Source: a phage. From it: a stretch of DNA of 64,000 nucleotides. Below are positions 1-9,129 of this stretch, in pieces. The notes below the pieces were generated by a model. That model did no database searches. It was given only the letters and a program-made list of their open reading frames with translations, and was not told the origin of the DNA. A program made the position numbers and the translations under genes. The stretch lies in NCBI GenBank assembly GCA_020279385.1, contig GCA_020279385.1_4762.2; one strand, written 5' to 3'. The stretch's first letter is position 1, and each line of letters opens with the position of its first letter.

Positions 1-3000
1 GTCATTGCCGGATTAGACTGGTCAACAATGTATAAACCGCCTTGTTTCGCATACAGGTTACGACCTGCAATAAAGTCTCTATATGCTGTCGCGTCGCCAT
101 TGTGTTCCATAGCAAAGGCGTAATGCTCGACTAATCCACCATCATTGATTTTACCGAAAGCGATAGCATTACTATCAACAACTTGAGATGTTCCAGTGCC
201 ACCAACGATAATAGACCATGAGTTTTCCATACCTTCCGATGCGGTTGCGCCATGCAGAGTAATTCCGGTGTGACCGTCAACTCCACGCTCACCCAACACC
301 AGATGACCATTACTCGGATCATCAGTCGAGTTCTTAGTCACAAACAGAGTTTCAAAGGAACCTGATTTTAAGCACTCTAAATCGCCCTTCACGTTAACGT
401 TTTTATTAAACGTGTAATTGCTCTCAATGGTCTGGTCAATGTCTCTACGCGCCCATTTAGCGGCCTCTACGTCACCCAATTTCAAACTATTCTGAGCGGT
501 TGCCATCTTAGGTAAGAAATTAGCAAGTGCGTAGTTTAATCCTTTAGGGGTAACAGCAATTCCGTCATGCTGGTAGTTTCCTAGTTCTTGAGTAGAACCT
601 TGCAGATTGTCACCAACAAAACAGTTTTCCTGAGTAGCAACTTTCAAGAAACCACGACGAGCTTCGGTTGCTTTCCATGTATCCTCTGTCTGAACAACAT
701 ATTTGAAGTTCTTCGGAGAAATTGCTACATTAGCCAGTGTACCAGCCACGGTTTCGGCTTGAGTACCAACTCGGATAATACCTTCTTTACCTTCGGTGGC
801 CTTTTTGCCTTGCAGCTTTTTAGGAGTAATGATCGTAGCGTCATCTTCTCCTGCGTCTGTAAGCTGAGTAGTTGCAACTTTAGCGACACCTTTTGTATCT
901 TCGGTTGCATCAAGACCGCTGATCATGATACCCTGCCACAAGTCACCAGTAAGGTTAAGCCCCTGAGTCGGGTCTACTTTCAAACGCTGCGCATTCTCAA
1001 AGAAGGTTTTAATCTTCAATGGGGTAGAAATGCGAGCATCGTCAAGACCTGCGTCAAATTCCGGTTGAGTTGCAATTTCTGCTAAACCATGTAAAGTTTC
1101 CGTTGCGCGGCGAGTATGCAGCTTTTTAGGCGTGATGATATGGTTATCACTTTGACCTAAGTTTGTTTCTTCCTGAGTTGCAATTTCAGCGATACCAGTG
1201 CGCGATTCGGTAGCAGTACGTTTCGTTAGCGTGCGAGTCGTGATTAGTAAAGCATCTTGCGGGGTTGATTCTGTAGCCCCTTGCACTTCCGCGTCAGTTG
1301 CCAGATAACCAACACCACGGGAAGTTTCGGTCGCCTTGACTTCGTTGATGTTTTGTGGCGTAACAATTTTAACATGGTCGTTGATGTTATAGATCCCTGT
1401 ACCAGCTTCACCACGTCTAGCGGCAGCACTACCGCCAGCCTGAACAATTTCAGCAATACCAGCGAGATCTTCGGAAGCGCGACGTTCTTCTAATTTCTTA
1501 GGAGTAATAGCGCGGGTATCGTCTAAACCTTCATTGGTTTCTTGCTGGGTTGCAATTTCCATCACGCCACGACGGGCTTCGGTAGCAACACAATCATTTA
1601 ACTTTTTAGGCGTAACGATAACATCATCCAGGAAGCTGGAACCAGTATCTTGATGCGTTTCCGCTTGAGTTGCAATGCGAGCAATACCGCGTCGAGTTTC
1701 GTTGGCTGTTTTGTTAGCCAGAACCTTTGGAGTCACCGCAACTTCGTCGCTAGGATTATCTTCATGGTTTTTGTTTGTTTCATCCTGGGTAGCCAGTGCA
1801 ATTACACCAACACGATCTTTACGAGTCGGATCTACTCGTTCTACAATCGGGTGAGCATGTGCCACCAACCAGTATTTCTTACCATCATCACCTTCTGAAT
1901 AAGAGAACTCCAGATAAGGTACATAATCATTTGCAGCGTTGAAAGACAATTCAGACACTCCCGTCCATGTATCGGTCCCATTGAATGGGTACTCGCTACG
2001 CTTAGGAAACTGAACCATGTTTTTCTGAATAAGGATTTTTGTATCCTCTGTGGCGGTGATAATACGGCAATTCTGGTTTCCGTGCATATACTGCATAGAA
2101 ACTTGAATACGATCACCCGGCTCGACATTGGTTGGTAAAGTCAAGGTAACATCACGTTCACCAAATACTGCAACATAGCTATTAGGGGATAAGCGAGTAT
2201 CACTAATGATAGGATTCAAGCGAACAGACTGATCACCATCCCACAAACGCCATAAGTTTTCCGGTTTGTCAAATATGAATACACCATGACCGCTACGCTT
2301 ACCAACAATTTCTTTTACCCCGAAAGTACCGATCGATTGTTCTTGTGCACCTTCATGCACTTTTACCGTAACATGGTTGGTTGCAGTCAATCCGTCAAGA
2401 TCGGTAGTCTGGATCATATCACCGTTATTAGCAAACTTAGGAAGCATCAAAACAATGTTACCCAAAGAACTACGGCGGAATACCTGATCACCGTTTTGCA
2501 TCTGGATCGGGTCGATAGATGGTTGTGCATATACCCCGCGTGGCTCCGTTCCCGTCTGGTAAACGTGCCAGCGATTGCGAACAAAAATGAAGTAGTTCAT
2601 TGCATAAGGGGTAGTACAGTACCATTTGCGGTTGTTTACCACACCGTTATGATAGAACTCATGACCAGCCGCAAGGAACGATAACTCATTAACACCGCAC
2701 TTGCCACCGATATCTTTTACTGTTATAGTGTCGCCCTCTGCCGGATTAGTAGGCATTGAGAATGTCAAGTTTGCAAACTGACAGTCCGCTGCGATATAGT
2801 CACCGGACTTTAAAGGAGTATCGCCGGAAGTTGCTGCAACATAATCCCAACGTGGGTCCGTGCGCAGTGCTTGCCATTTAGTCGGGTCAAAGTCACCTGC
2901 TGGTTTTGCGATATCTTCTTTTGCATAATACGGACGGTTTTGATAGATTGTAGTGCCGTATTGATCATAACCGCGAGTTGTGTCATACTGAGTAATACCA

Positions 3001-3134
3001 TTATGGTAATTGAAAAATTCAACGTTGACCGCATCGGTGTTGACATTCTTATCAGCCAATGCTACATTGACGACCTTTTCATTACCAGCGTCAAAGCCAA
3101 ATGTGGCCTTGAAATGTTGAGAAAAATCTGCCAT
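1..3134 (-). CDS. 34: long tail fiber proximal subunit gp34 (partial; ORF continues beyond window start)
   Basis: Continuous minus-strand frame from ATG at 3132-3134 (RBS AGGAG upstream) to window edge; N-terminus MADFSQHFKATFGFDAGNEKVVNVALADK resembles T4 gp34; absent from ORF track because no stop in window. Confidence 0.8.
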   Translation of the reverse strand, partial: MADFSQHFKATFGFDAGNEKVVNVALADKNVNTDAVNVEFFNYHNGITQYDTTRGYDQYGTTIYQNRPYYAKEDIAKPAGDFDPTKWQALRTDPRWDYVAATSGDTPLKSGDYIAADCQFANLTFSMPTNPAEGDTITVKDIGGKCGVNELSFLAAGHEFYHNGVVNNRKWYCTTPYAMNYFIFVRNRWHVYQTGTEPRGVYAQPSIDPIQMQNGDQVFRRSSLGNIVLMLPKFANNGDMIQTTDLDGLTATNHVTVKVHEGAQEQSIGTFGVKEIVGKRSGHGVFIFDKPENLWRLWDGDQSVRLNPIISDTRLSPNSYVAVFGERDVTLTLPTNVEPGDRIQVSMQYMHGNQNCRIITATEDTKILIQKNMVQFPKRSEYPFNGTDTWTGVSELSFNAANDYVPYLEFSYSEGDDGKKYWLVAHAHPIVERVDPTRKDRVGVIALATQDETNKNHEDNPSDEVAVTPKVLANKTANETRRGIARIATQAETHQDTGSSFLDDVIVTPKKLNDCVATEARRGVMEIATQQETNEGLDDTRAITPKKLEERRASEDLAGIAEIVQAGGSAAARRGEAGTGIYNINDHVKIVTPQNINEVKATETSRGVGYLATDAEVQGATESTPQDALLITTRTLTKRTATESRTGIAEIATQEETNLGQSDNHIITPKKLHTRRATETLHGLAEIATQPEFDAGLDDARISTPLKIKTFFENAQRLKVDPTQGLNLTGDLWQGIMISGLDATEDTKGVAKVATTQLTDAGEDDATIITPKKLQGKKATEGKEGIIRVGTQAETVAGTLANVAISPKNFKYVVQTEDTWKATEARRGFLKVATQENCFVGDNLQGSTQELGNYQHDGIAVTPKGLNYALANFLPKMATAQNSLKLGDVEAAKWARRDIDQTIESNYTFNKNVNVKGDLECLKSGSFETLFVTKNSTDDPSNGHLVLGERGVDGHTGITLHGATASEGMENSWSIIVGGTGTSQVVDSNAIAFGKINDGGLVEHYAFAMEHNGDATAYRDFIAGRNLYAKQGGLYIVDQSNPAM
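640..1820. repeat. in-frame tandem repeat array (~120 bp period, about 8-9 units) inside gene 34
   Basis: Recurring nucleotide motif on plus strand (e.g. gttgcaatttc...ataccag...cttcggtagc at ~1180, ~1450, ~1550, ~1670); minus-strand translation gives repeated ATE(A/S)RRG(I/V)xEIATQ peptide units. Confidence 0.6.
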
Positions 3135-3161
3135 TATTGGGTCTCCTTTTATAGTATGTTC

Positions 3162-3169
3162 ATATTTAT
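3162..3169 (-). promoter_or_regulatory. T4-type late promoter TATAAATA for gene 34
   Basis: Plus-strand TATTTATA = minus-strand TATAAATA ~28 nt upstream of gene 34 ATG. Confidence 0.6.
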
Positions 3170-3179
3170 AAAATAAGGC

Positions 3180-3208
3180 TTGATAGAAACAAAAGAGGAT
3201 GATATATT
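3180..3208 (+). promoter_or_regulatory. possible sigma70-like promoter (TTGATA-17-TATATT) upstream of rnh region
   Basis: TTGATA at 3180-3185, TATATT at 3203-3208; -10 abuts the ATG of the 61-aa ORF, so function is uncertain. Confidence 0.3.
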
Positions 3209-3394
3209 ATGGTTAAATTTGATTTGTCAGAAGGTGCAAAATGGATAGTTGACAGAATACCTGATAAGGATTATAATTATTTTCGCGCAGAACTAAACAA
3301 TGCAATTCTGCGAGTTATGGAGAAATACGGGTATGATCGTGAAGTATCTAGCTCGTTTGATGAGTCTGTTGTTGTGAGAGTGGAGAGAACTTAA
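3209..3394 (+). CDS. hypothetical small protein (61 aa)
   Basis: ATG with RBS AAGAGGA upstream; ends just before rnh start. Confidence 0.4.
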   Translation: MVKFDLSEGAKWIVDRIPDKDYNYFRAELNNAILRVMEKYGYDREVSSSFDESVVVRVERT

Positions 3395-3396
3395 TT

Positions 3397-4344
3397 ATGA
3401 CGTATAACCCGTTTACAAAAACTACCGCTACACTTAATGATTTCTTCGATGCTCCAGAAGATAAACTGCCGGAAGGTGTGCATTTGATTGATATGTCGCA
3501 GCTTATGATTGCTACTATCTCGCATACCTTTAAACCGGAAGACCCTATTAGTGAAGGCATGATCCGTCATCTTATTCTTGACACCATGCGTTATAATATG
3601 ACAAAATTCAAAGAGCAATACCCAATTACGGTACTTGCCTTTGATTCAAGCAAAGGTTACTGGCGACGTGATATCGCCCCTTACTATAAACGCAACCGTA
3701 AGGAAAAACGAGACGCAGATCCGCGTGATTGGGAGATGATCTTTGCTGCGATCAATAAGATCACCGAAGAGTTTAAAGAGAACATGCCTTATCACGTTAT
3801 TAAGGTTGACAAAGTTGAAGCGGATGATATAATCGCTGTGTTAACTAAAAAGTTTTCTGTAGAAGGTCGCCAGGTGCTAATCAACTCCGGCGATGGTGAC
3901 TACACACAGTTGCACAAATACAAAAACGTGAAACAGTGGGCGCCAGTACAGAAAGCATGGAAGAAATGCAAATATGGTAGCCCTTACAAAGACCTTATGG
4001 TAAAATGTGTTAAGGGTGACGCAAAAGACGGTGTAGCTTCGATCAAGTGCCGTAGTGATTTCATTATCTCACGACTGGAAGGAGAACGAGCTAAACCAAT
4101 TGCAACCAAATGGTTAGAGCAAATTTTCGATGCCGAAGATCCAAAGTCTTTGATGACAGAGGAAGAAGCACGACGCTTTGACGAAAACCGCGAACTTATT
4201 GATTTTGAATTTATTCCTGATAACATCGAATATGAAATTTTGTTAGCATGGGAAAAATCTAAACCAGCACCACGCGGTAAAATTTATAACTATTTTGTAA
4301 CAAATGCGTTAGTTAAAATGTTGCAGAAAATTGGTGAGTTCTAA
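3397..4344 (+). CDS. rnh: RNase H (5'-3' exonuclease / flap endonuclease)
   Basis: 315 aa; motifs WRRDIAPYYKRNR, EADDIIAVL, GDGDYTQLHKY, PRGKIYNYF colinear with T4 RNase H. Confidence 0.9.
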   Translation: MTYNPFTKTTATLNDFFDAPEDKLPEGVHLIDMSQLMIATISHTFKPEDPISEGMIRHLILDTMRYNMTKFKEQYPITVLAFDSSKGYWRRDIAPYYKRNRKEKRDADPRDWEMIFAAINKITEEFKENMPYHVIKVDKVEADDIIAVLTKKFSVEGRQVLINSGDGDYTQLHKYKNVKQWAPVQKAWKKCKYGSPYKDLMVKCVKGDAKDGVASIKCRSDFIISRLEGERAKPIATKWLEQIFDAEDPKSLMTEEEARRFDENRELIDFEFIPDNIEYEILLAWEKSKPAPRGKIYNYFVTNALVKMLQKIGEF

Positions 4345-4354
4345 GGGTTGACAT

Positions 4355-4951
4355 ATGAAAGAACTTGAATTAAAATACTATGCACACTCACAAATTGGCG
4401 TCGAAACAATCTGTGATTTGTGGGTAGCAATGTATGACGGGTACAATATCGTAGATCATGCTAACACACTAAAACACGAATTTTATTATGATACCGAAGA
4501 ACATGCACTGCGTCGAAAAGGAATTTATGCTCGACTTGACGTTAATAGATCATTGATCATGGTCAAAATAGGTGATGGTGAATCTGGACTATTCAACCGA
4601 GAAGAAATTACTTTTTCAACAATGGATGATTTTTATCACTATGTTGATAGTCTAGGCGTAAACTCCGACCTTATCGTTCCTTTATTGCAAGTAATGACAT
4701 ACCGCAAGTCATTGACACTTGACCTTGAGGGTGCTATAGTGGAAATGTGCAAAGACACTTTATATTATTGCAAAGTCGGTGAAGGGATGGGCGATGCTCA
4801 CTATGAACTTGAGTTCGAGTTAAAATCAGGTGACGAAAAAGCACTTGACATTATCCGAGAAATGATGCTAAAATATGTTGGTGACGATTTACGTCCTAGC
4901 GAAATCTCAAAAGCTGAACGTGGTTTTCAATTAATGACTAAAGAGGGTTAA
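4355..4951 (+). CDS. CYTH-domain (triphosphate tunnel metalloenzyme / CyaB-like) protein
   Basis: 198 aa; N-terminal ExExK motif (KELELKYY), paired Arg (LRRKG), C-terminal acidic ExExE-like strand (YELEFELK); inserted between rnh and dsbA relative to T4. Confidence 0.55.
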   Translation: MKELELKYYAHSQIGVETICDLWVAMYDGYNIVDHANTLKHEFYYDTEEHALRRKGIYARLDVNRSLIMVKIGDGESGLFNREEITFSTMDDFYHYVDSLGVNSDLIVPLLQVMTYRKSLTLDLEGAIVEMCKDTLYYCKVGEGMGDAHYELEFELKSGDEKALDIIREMMLKYVGDDLRPSEISKAERGFQLMTKEG

Positions 4952-4955
4952 TATT

Positions 4956-5231
4956 ATGACTGAACAGAAAAAAGAAAAAGTAGTATTTGATGAAGCAGTA
5001 CACGGAAATACCCTGGCACAACTGATTAAAGAAGCCAGCGATCAGAAAACCATTCAAGAAGCATATGGCGATAAGATCAAAGAGATCAAACAGCGTGCTA
5101 AAGAAGAATTAGGCGTAGATGGTAAAATGTGGGGCATTCTGTTTAAACTGTATCACCAGCAACAGCGCGAAACCTTCGAAGCAGAACGCGACGAAGCGGT
5201 AGAACTCTATGATCGGGTGTTCAATGCTTAA
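4956..5231 (+). CDS. dsbA: double-stranded DNA-binding protein DsbA
   Basis: 91 aa; FDEAVHG...LAQLIKEASD...ELGVDGKM...ELYDRVF matches T4 DsbA pattern; RBS AAGAGGG. Confidence 0.85.
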   Translation: MTEQKKEKVVFDEAVHGNTLAQLIKEASDQKTIQEAYGDKIKEIKQRAKEELGVDGKMWGILFKLYHQQQRETFEAERDEAVELYDRVFNA

Positions 5232-5478
5232 TGAACATGCGGTAAAAGCCGCAAACAAAACAGCAAACGGTCTTGCAATCGAAAAACTGGTTGTTGAAGA
5301 GGGATTGACTTATCTTGAAGCGACAACGCAGTTTGTAGAGGAAAACTCTATCGAATATGGTCACTATCAGAAGTATATTCCGGTGTCCATTATTGACAAG
5401 ATCACACAAGAATGTATAGTAAATAGAACGCTCAGGAAGGGAGTGATCGACGAACCGACCAACACTCTCGATATTTAA
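5224..5478 (+). CDS. 33: late transcription accessory protein gp33
   Basis: IEKLVVEEGLTYLEATTQFVEENSI and C-terminal TNTLD resemble T4 gp33; start chosen at ATG 5224 (track start 5209 is also possible). Confidence 0.75.
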   Translation: MLNEHAVKAANKTANGLAIEKLVVEEGLTYLEATTQFVEENSIEYGHYQKYIPVSIIDKITQECIVNRTLRKGVIDEPTNTLDI

Positions 5479-5487
5479 GGGGTATGT

Positions 5488-6165
5488 ATGATCAGAAACC
5501 GTCTTCCTCCAGATCCAGATATGCGAATTAATGCTAAATCTGTGTATATGTTATATTGCATGATGAAAGCTCATATGAACGGGCGTTATGATTGCGTAAA
5601 ATATAATTGGAGGATGCGGTTGTCTGATGCCGCATTCAATAAACGCAGAGATAAGTATTATTTCGCAAAATTAGCGGAAAAGTACAATCTAAGAGAATTA
5701 TACTTCTTATTCCTAAGCAATCTGGTAGCCAATACCGATGCATGGGTAGGTGAAATCACCGATGTTGACGCATACGGCTTTTATATGGAATACATAGGAA
5801 AGATAACTGATGCAGCAACACGATTTGACGATGACATTAAAAGTCTGGTATACTTCTCAGAGAAACGCGGGGTTACTCTTAAAGAGCTAATTACATACAA
5901 TCCCGCAACCGAAACTAGCGGTATCTTTAAACTACTGCAAAATCGGATTATATCGTTTGAGTCGTTTATGTTGTTAGATAGCTTTCTAAATATAATCGAC
6001 GAACACGATAAGGTAGCCAAAGACTTGATTTGGCAAACTTATAGTGTTAAAATGAAGGCGTACAAGAAACTACTTGTTATTGACGCCGCAAAAGCAAGAG
6101 CATTATTTGTTAAAGTAGTTAAAGAGTGTAAAGAAATATCGAGGTTAAAAGGTGAAAACATATGA
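5488..6165 (+). CDS. 59: helicase loader gp59
   Basis: 225 aa; KSVYMLYCMMKAHMNGRYDCVKYNW...SNLVANTDAW...FKLLQNRIISFESFMLLDSFLNIID colinear with T4 gp59. Confidence 0.9.
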   Translation: MIRNRLPPDPDMRINAKSVYMLYCMMKAHMNGRYDCVKYNWRMRLSDAAFNKRRDKYYFAKLAEKYNLRELYFLFLSNLVANTDAWVGEITDVDAYGFYMEYIGKITDAATRFDDDIKSLVYFSEKRGVTLKELITYNPATETSGIFKLLQNRIISFESFMLLDSFLNIIDEHDKVAKDLIWQTYSVKMKAYKKLLVIDAAKARALFVKVVKECKEISRLKGENI

Positions 6166-6748
6166 TCCTGAATTGTATGCTCGTTGTCATGAACTCTTTA
6201 AATATGATAACGGTAAGCTGATTCGCAAGATATCGACAAACCGAAAGCATAAAGTCGGATCTAGAGCGGGTGGAGTTAATCCTAGTCATGGATACAGATT
6301 GGTGTGTATCGATGGTAAACATCATAAAGAGCATAGAATAATTTTCTTTATGCATCATGGATACATGCCAAAATACGTTGACCATGTTAACCGAATTATA
6401 ACAGATAATCGGATTGAAAACTTGAGAGATGCGAACGAGCAACAAAACTCAAGAAATATGGGTAAACAGAAAGGTCGATCGTCTGAATATATCGGTGTTA
6501 GTCTTTATAAACGAGATGGTAAATATGTTGCCAATATTCAGGTCGAAAGAAAGAAGTTGATATATTTGGGAATATATGTTCATGAGAAAGCGGCAGCACT
6601 TGCGAGAAACTTTGTTGCTGATGCTATAGACCCAAACTTTTTCAACAAAACAGAAGTAGTTGACATTTCTCCCGAAGAGATGTTAGAATTTGAAAATAGA
6701 AAGCCAAAACTGTTAGATATAATTGATAAAGTATTGACAAGCAATTAA
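6152..6748 (+). CDS. free-standing HNH homing endonuclease (HNH_3 + AP2-like DNA-binding domain)
   Basis: 198 aa; GTG start with GAGG RBS; HGYRLVCIDGKHHKEHRIIF...VDHVNRIITDNRIENLRDANEQQNSRN HNH motif; EYIGVS...KYVANI...IYLGIY...EKAAALARN AP2-like; inserted between 59 and 32. Confidence 0.8.
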   Translation: MKTYDPELYARCHELFKYDNGKLIRKISTNRKHKVGSRAGGVNPSHGYRLVCIDGKHHKEHRIIFFMHHGYMPKYVDHVNRIITDNRIENLRDANEQQNSRNMGKQKGRSSEYIGVSLYKRDGKYVANIQVERKKLIYLGIYVHEKAAALARNFVADAIDPNFFNKTEVVDISPEEMLEFENRKPKLLDIIDKVLTSN

Positions 6749-6808
6749 GTATCTGATATAGTATAAAACGTAAATTAATCAATAGTTAATGTATAAAGAG
6801 GTATAATT

Positions 6809-7783
6809 ATGAACATGTTTCGTCGTCAAGATAGCTCCAAACTGCAAGCTCAACTGGCCGCACTGAAAGGTGGCAACGGTTTCTCCAAAGAAGATCCGAA
6901 AGAGTGGAAGATTAAGACTGATGCAGCAGGTAACGGTGAAGCCCTGATTCGCTTCCTGCCGTCTAAGACAGAAGACGGTCTGCCGATTGTGAAACTGGTA
7001 AACCATTCCTTCAAAGTTAATGGTAAATGGTATTGGGAAAACTGCTCCAGCACCCACGGTGATTTTGATTCTTGCCCTGTGTGCAAATATATTAACGAAA
7101 AAGATCTGTACAATACCGATAAAACCGAATGGCAACTGATTAAGCGTAAAGCGTCTTACTACGCAAATATTCTGGTACTGAAAGATCCTCAAGCACCAGA
7201 AAATGAAGGTAAGGTATTCAAATTCCGCTTCGGTCAGAAAATTTATGATAAGATCGTTGCGATGGTGAACGTGAATACCGATATGGGCGAAGTTCCGGTA
7301 GATGTAACTTGTGTGTTCTCCGGTGCTAACTTCCTCCTGAAAGCTAAGAAGGTTGATAAACACCAGAACTATGATGATTCTCGTTTCATGCAGCAATCAC
7401 AGCTTCCGAAAATTGAAGACGAAGCATATCAGAAATATCTGATGGAAAACATGGTTGATCTGAGTGAGATTGTAGCGCCTAGCCAGTTTAAACCGTTCGA
7501 TGAACTGGAAACCAAATTTAAGAAAACTATGGGCGTTTCTATGGTAGCTGGTGCTGCGGCTTCCAGTGCCGCGGCAGCGATTAACAGCCAGCTTGACGAT
7601 TTTGACGCACAGATGAATGCATTCGATTCTGGTATGACCGCAGCTAGCACTGTAGTTGGTATTAACGCAGCTAGCACGGCGTTAGATTCTTCCGCTGATG
7701 ACCTGATGGCATCTCTGGATCTGGGTGGCGGTACTTCCTCCGCTTCTGATCTGGATGACCTGGATTCTCTGTTAGCGATGTAA
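6809..7783 (+). CDS. 32: single-stranded DNA-binding protein gp32
   Basis: 324 aa; LPSKTED...[23 protein letters not shown] (zinc site), [43 protein letters not shown], acidic C-terminus; strongly T4 gp32-like. Confidence 0.95.
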   Translation: MNMFRRQDSSKLQAQLAALKGGNGFSKEDPKEWKIKTDAAGNGEALIRFLPSKTEDGLPIVKLVNHSFKVNGKWYWENCSSTHGDFDSCPVCKYINEKDLYNTDKTEWQLIKRKASYYANILVLKDPQAPENEGKVFKFRFGQKIYDKIVAMVNVNTDMGEVPVDVTCVFSGANFLLKAKKVDKHQNYDDSRFMQQSQLPKIEDEAYQKYLMENMVDLSEIVAPSQFKPFDELETKFKKTMGVSMVAGAAASSAAAAINSQLDDFDAQMNAFDSGMTAASTVVGINAASTALDSSADDLMASLDLGGGTSSASDLDDLDSLLAM

Positions 7784-7795
7784 TGAATTTTACAG

Positions 7796-7820
7796 CCTCC
7801 CTTCGGGGAGGCTTTTTTAT
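7796..7820 (+). terminator. rho-independent terminator after gene 32
   Basis: Hairpin CCTCCC-TTCG-GGGAGG followed by CTTTTTTAT. Confidence 0.8.
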
Positions 7821-7845
7821 TGCCTAAATTTTTATGAAAAAGGTG

Positions 7846-7873
7846 TTGACATGCTGATGTTAGGATGTATAAT
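7846..7873 (+). promoter_or_regulatory. sigma70-type early promoter (TTGACA-16-TATAAT) with conserved leader
   Basis: TTGACA 7846-7851, TATAAT 7868-7873, leader acaaacatcgaaacaaaggagga before ATG 7904. Confidence 0.7.
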
Positions 7874-7903
7874 ACAAACATCGAAACAAAGGAGGATAAA
7901 ATT

Positions 7904-9082
7904 ATGTTAGTACGTCAAGCACATGAGATTCGTATAGAAATAAAAGGAAACACGAAAACTCCCTTCTATTGGGAAAATGTTGTAAAAAATTCATGTTTGG
8001 AAGTTGGTTATTCTTTCATGGGGTTTGTTGGAGAATGGTCTGGTCTCAAAACAAAAGCTCTTATATTATGTAATAACAAGCATGAATACACATCAACTCT
8101 AGCAAATATCAGGAAAAAAGTTTCGTGTAAGAAATGTGTGGTTGATTCTCAAAGATTAAACCTAAACCATGTGATAGAAAGAATAAAACAAGAAACAAAC
8201 GATGTATTTGTTGGTTTTGTTGGTGGGGAGTATAAAAATAGCAGAACAAGACTCATTATGAACTGTGCAAACGGACACACATACCAACCAACATATACAG
8301 ATTTCATTCATCAAAAAACAAGATGTCCTTTATGTAACGGTGGCAAGATGTATGATAAAGAAGATTCCTTATCTTATATAAATGAAAATAAAGGAGATTA
8401 TAAATTTTTGGGTATAATTGGGGAATGGAAAGGAACAAAAACTAAACTTAAATTTGAGTGTCCTAATAATCACATTTACGAACAAAGTTATGATAAGTTC
8501 AAACTAGGTCGTCGGTGTCACAAATGTAGCGGAACAGCACCAATAACAAAAAGTGACCGATTAAAACAAATTGAAAAAATATGCGAAACCAACAGACTAA
8601 AATTTATTGGGATTTCAGGAAAGTGGAAAGGTGCATTAACAAGAATACTTCTGACATGCGAACGTAACCATGAATGGGTTGTAACTATTGATAATTTTGT
8701 TAATCGCGGAACACGCTGCCCGTTGTGTTCTAAGCATGGTTATCAGGCATTAAAGACAGGAACTCTTTATATACAGAAATTAACCAACAATGATTCCTTT
8801 GTTGGCGTGAAATTTGGAATAACAAACAAAGAAACACATGAGCGCATGAGAAACCAATCTCGTGTTTCAAAGTTCGATCACGAGATCTTTTATGAATTGA
8901 CTTTACAAGATGGTCAAAAGATCTTAGAATTAGAAAACAAAATCAAGGAAGCGATGAAAGGTAAAACTTCCTATATCTCGAAAGAAGATATGCCGGATGG
9001 CTGGACAGAGACAGTAGCGCCGTCTGAATTGAGCACTATCATGTATATCGTAAAATCTTTTGAAAAAGAGTTGACAGCGTAA
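7904..9082 (+). CDS. protein with four tandem Zn-ribbon repeats and C-terminal GIY-YIG-like (T5orf172-type) domain
   Basis: Four ~50-aa repeats of form F(V/L)G..GEW.G.KTK...C...H.Y.......C..C; C-terminus LYIQKL...FVGVKFGITNKETHERMRN...DGWTE; start set at ATG 7904 (track start 7865 lies inside the promoter). Confidence 0.6.
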   Translation: MLVRQAHEIRIEIKGNTKTPFYWENVVKNSCLEVGYSFMGFVGEWSGLKTKALILCNNKHEYTSTLANIRKKVSCKKCVVDSQRLNLNHVIERIKQETNDVFVGFVGGEYKNSRTRLIMNCANGHTYQPTYTDFIHQKTRCPLCNGGKMYDKEDSLSYINENKGDYKFLGIIGEWKGTKTKLKFECPNNHIYEQSYDKFKLGRRCHKCSGTAPITKSDRLKQIEKICETNRLKFIGISGKWKGALTRILLTCERNHEWVVTIDNFVNRGTRCPLCSKHGYQALKTGTLYIQKLTNNDSFVGVKFGITNKETHERMRNQSRVSKFDHEIFYELTLQDGQKILELENKIKEAMKGKTSYISKEDMPDGWTETVAPSELSTIMYIVKSFEKELTA

Positions 9083-9098
9083 CGCAACAGTGTATAAT
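9071..9098 (+). promoter_or_regulatory. sigma70-type early promoter (TTGACA-16-TATAAT) with same leader as the 7846 promoter
   Basis: TTGACA 9071-9076, TATAAT 9093-9098, leader acaaacatcgaaacaaagagagg; overlaps 3' end of previous CDS. Confidence 0.7.
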
Positions 9099-9129
9099 AC
9101 AAACATCGAAACAAAGAGAGGATTATATT

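Noticed and set aside
588-3176. Multiple plus-strand ORFs in the ORF track (e.g. 588-1085, 1650-1898, 2286-2684, 2871-3176)
   Set aside because: They lie antisense to or out of frame with the continuous minus-strand gene 34 ORF, have no ribosome-binding sites and odd Cys/Ser-rich composition; treated as spurious.
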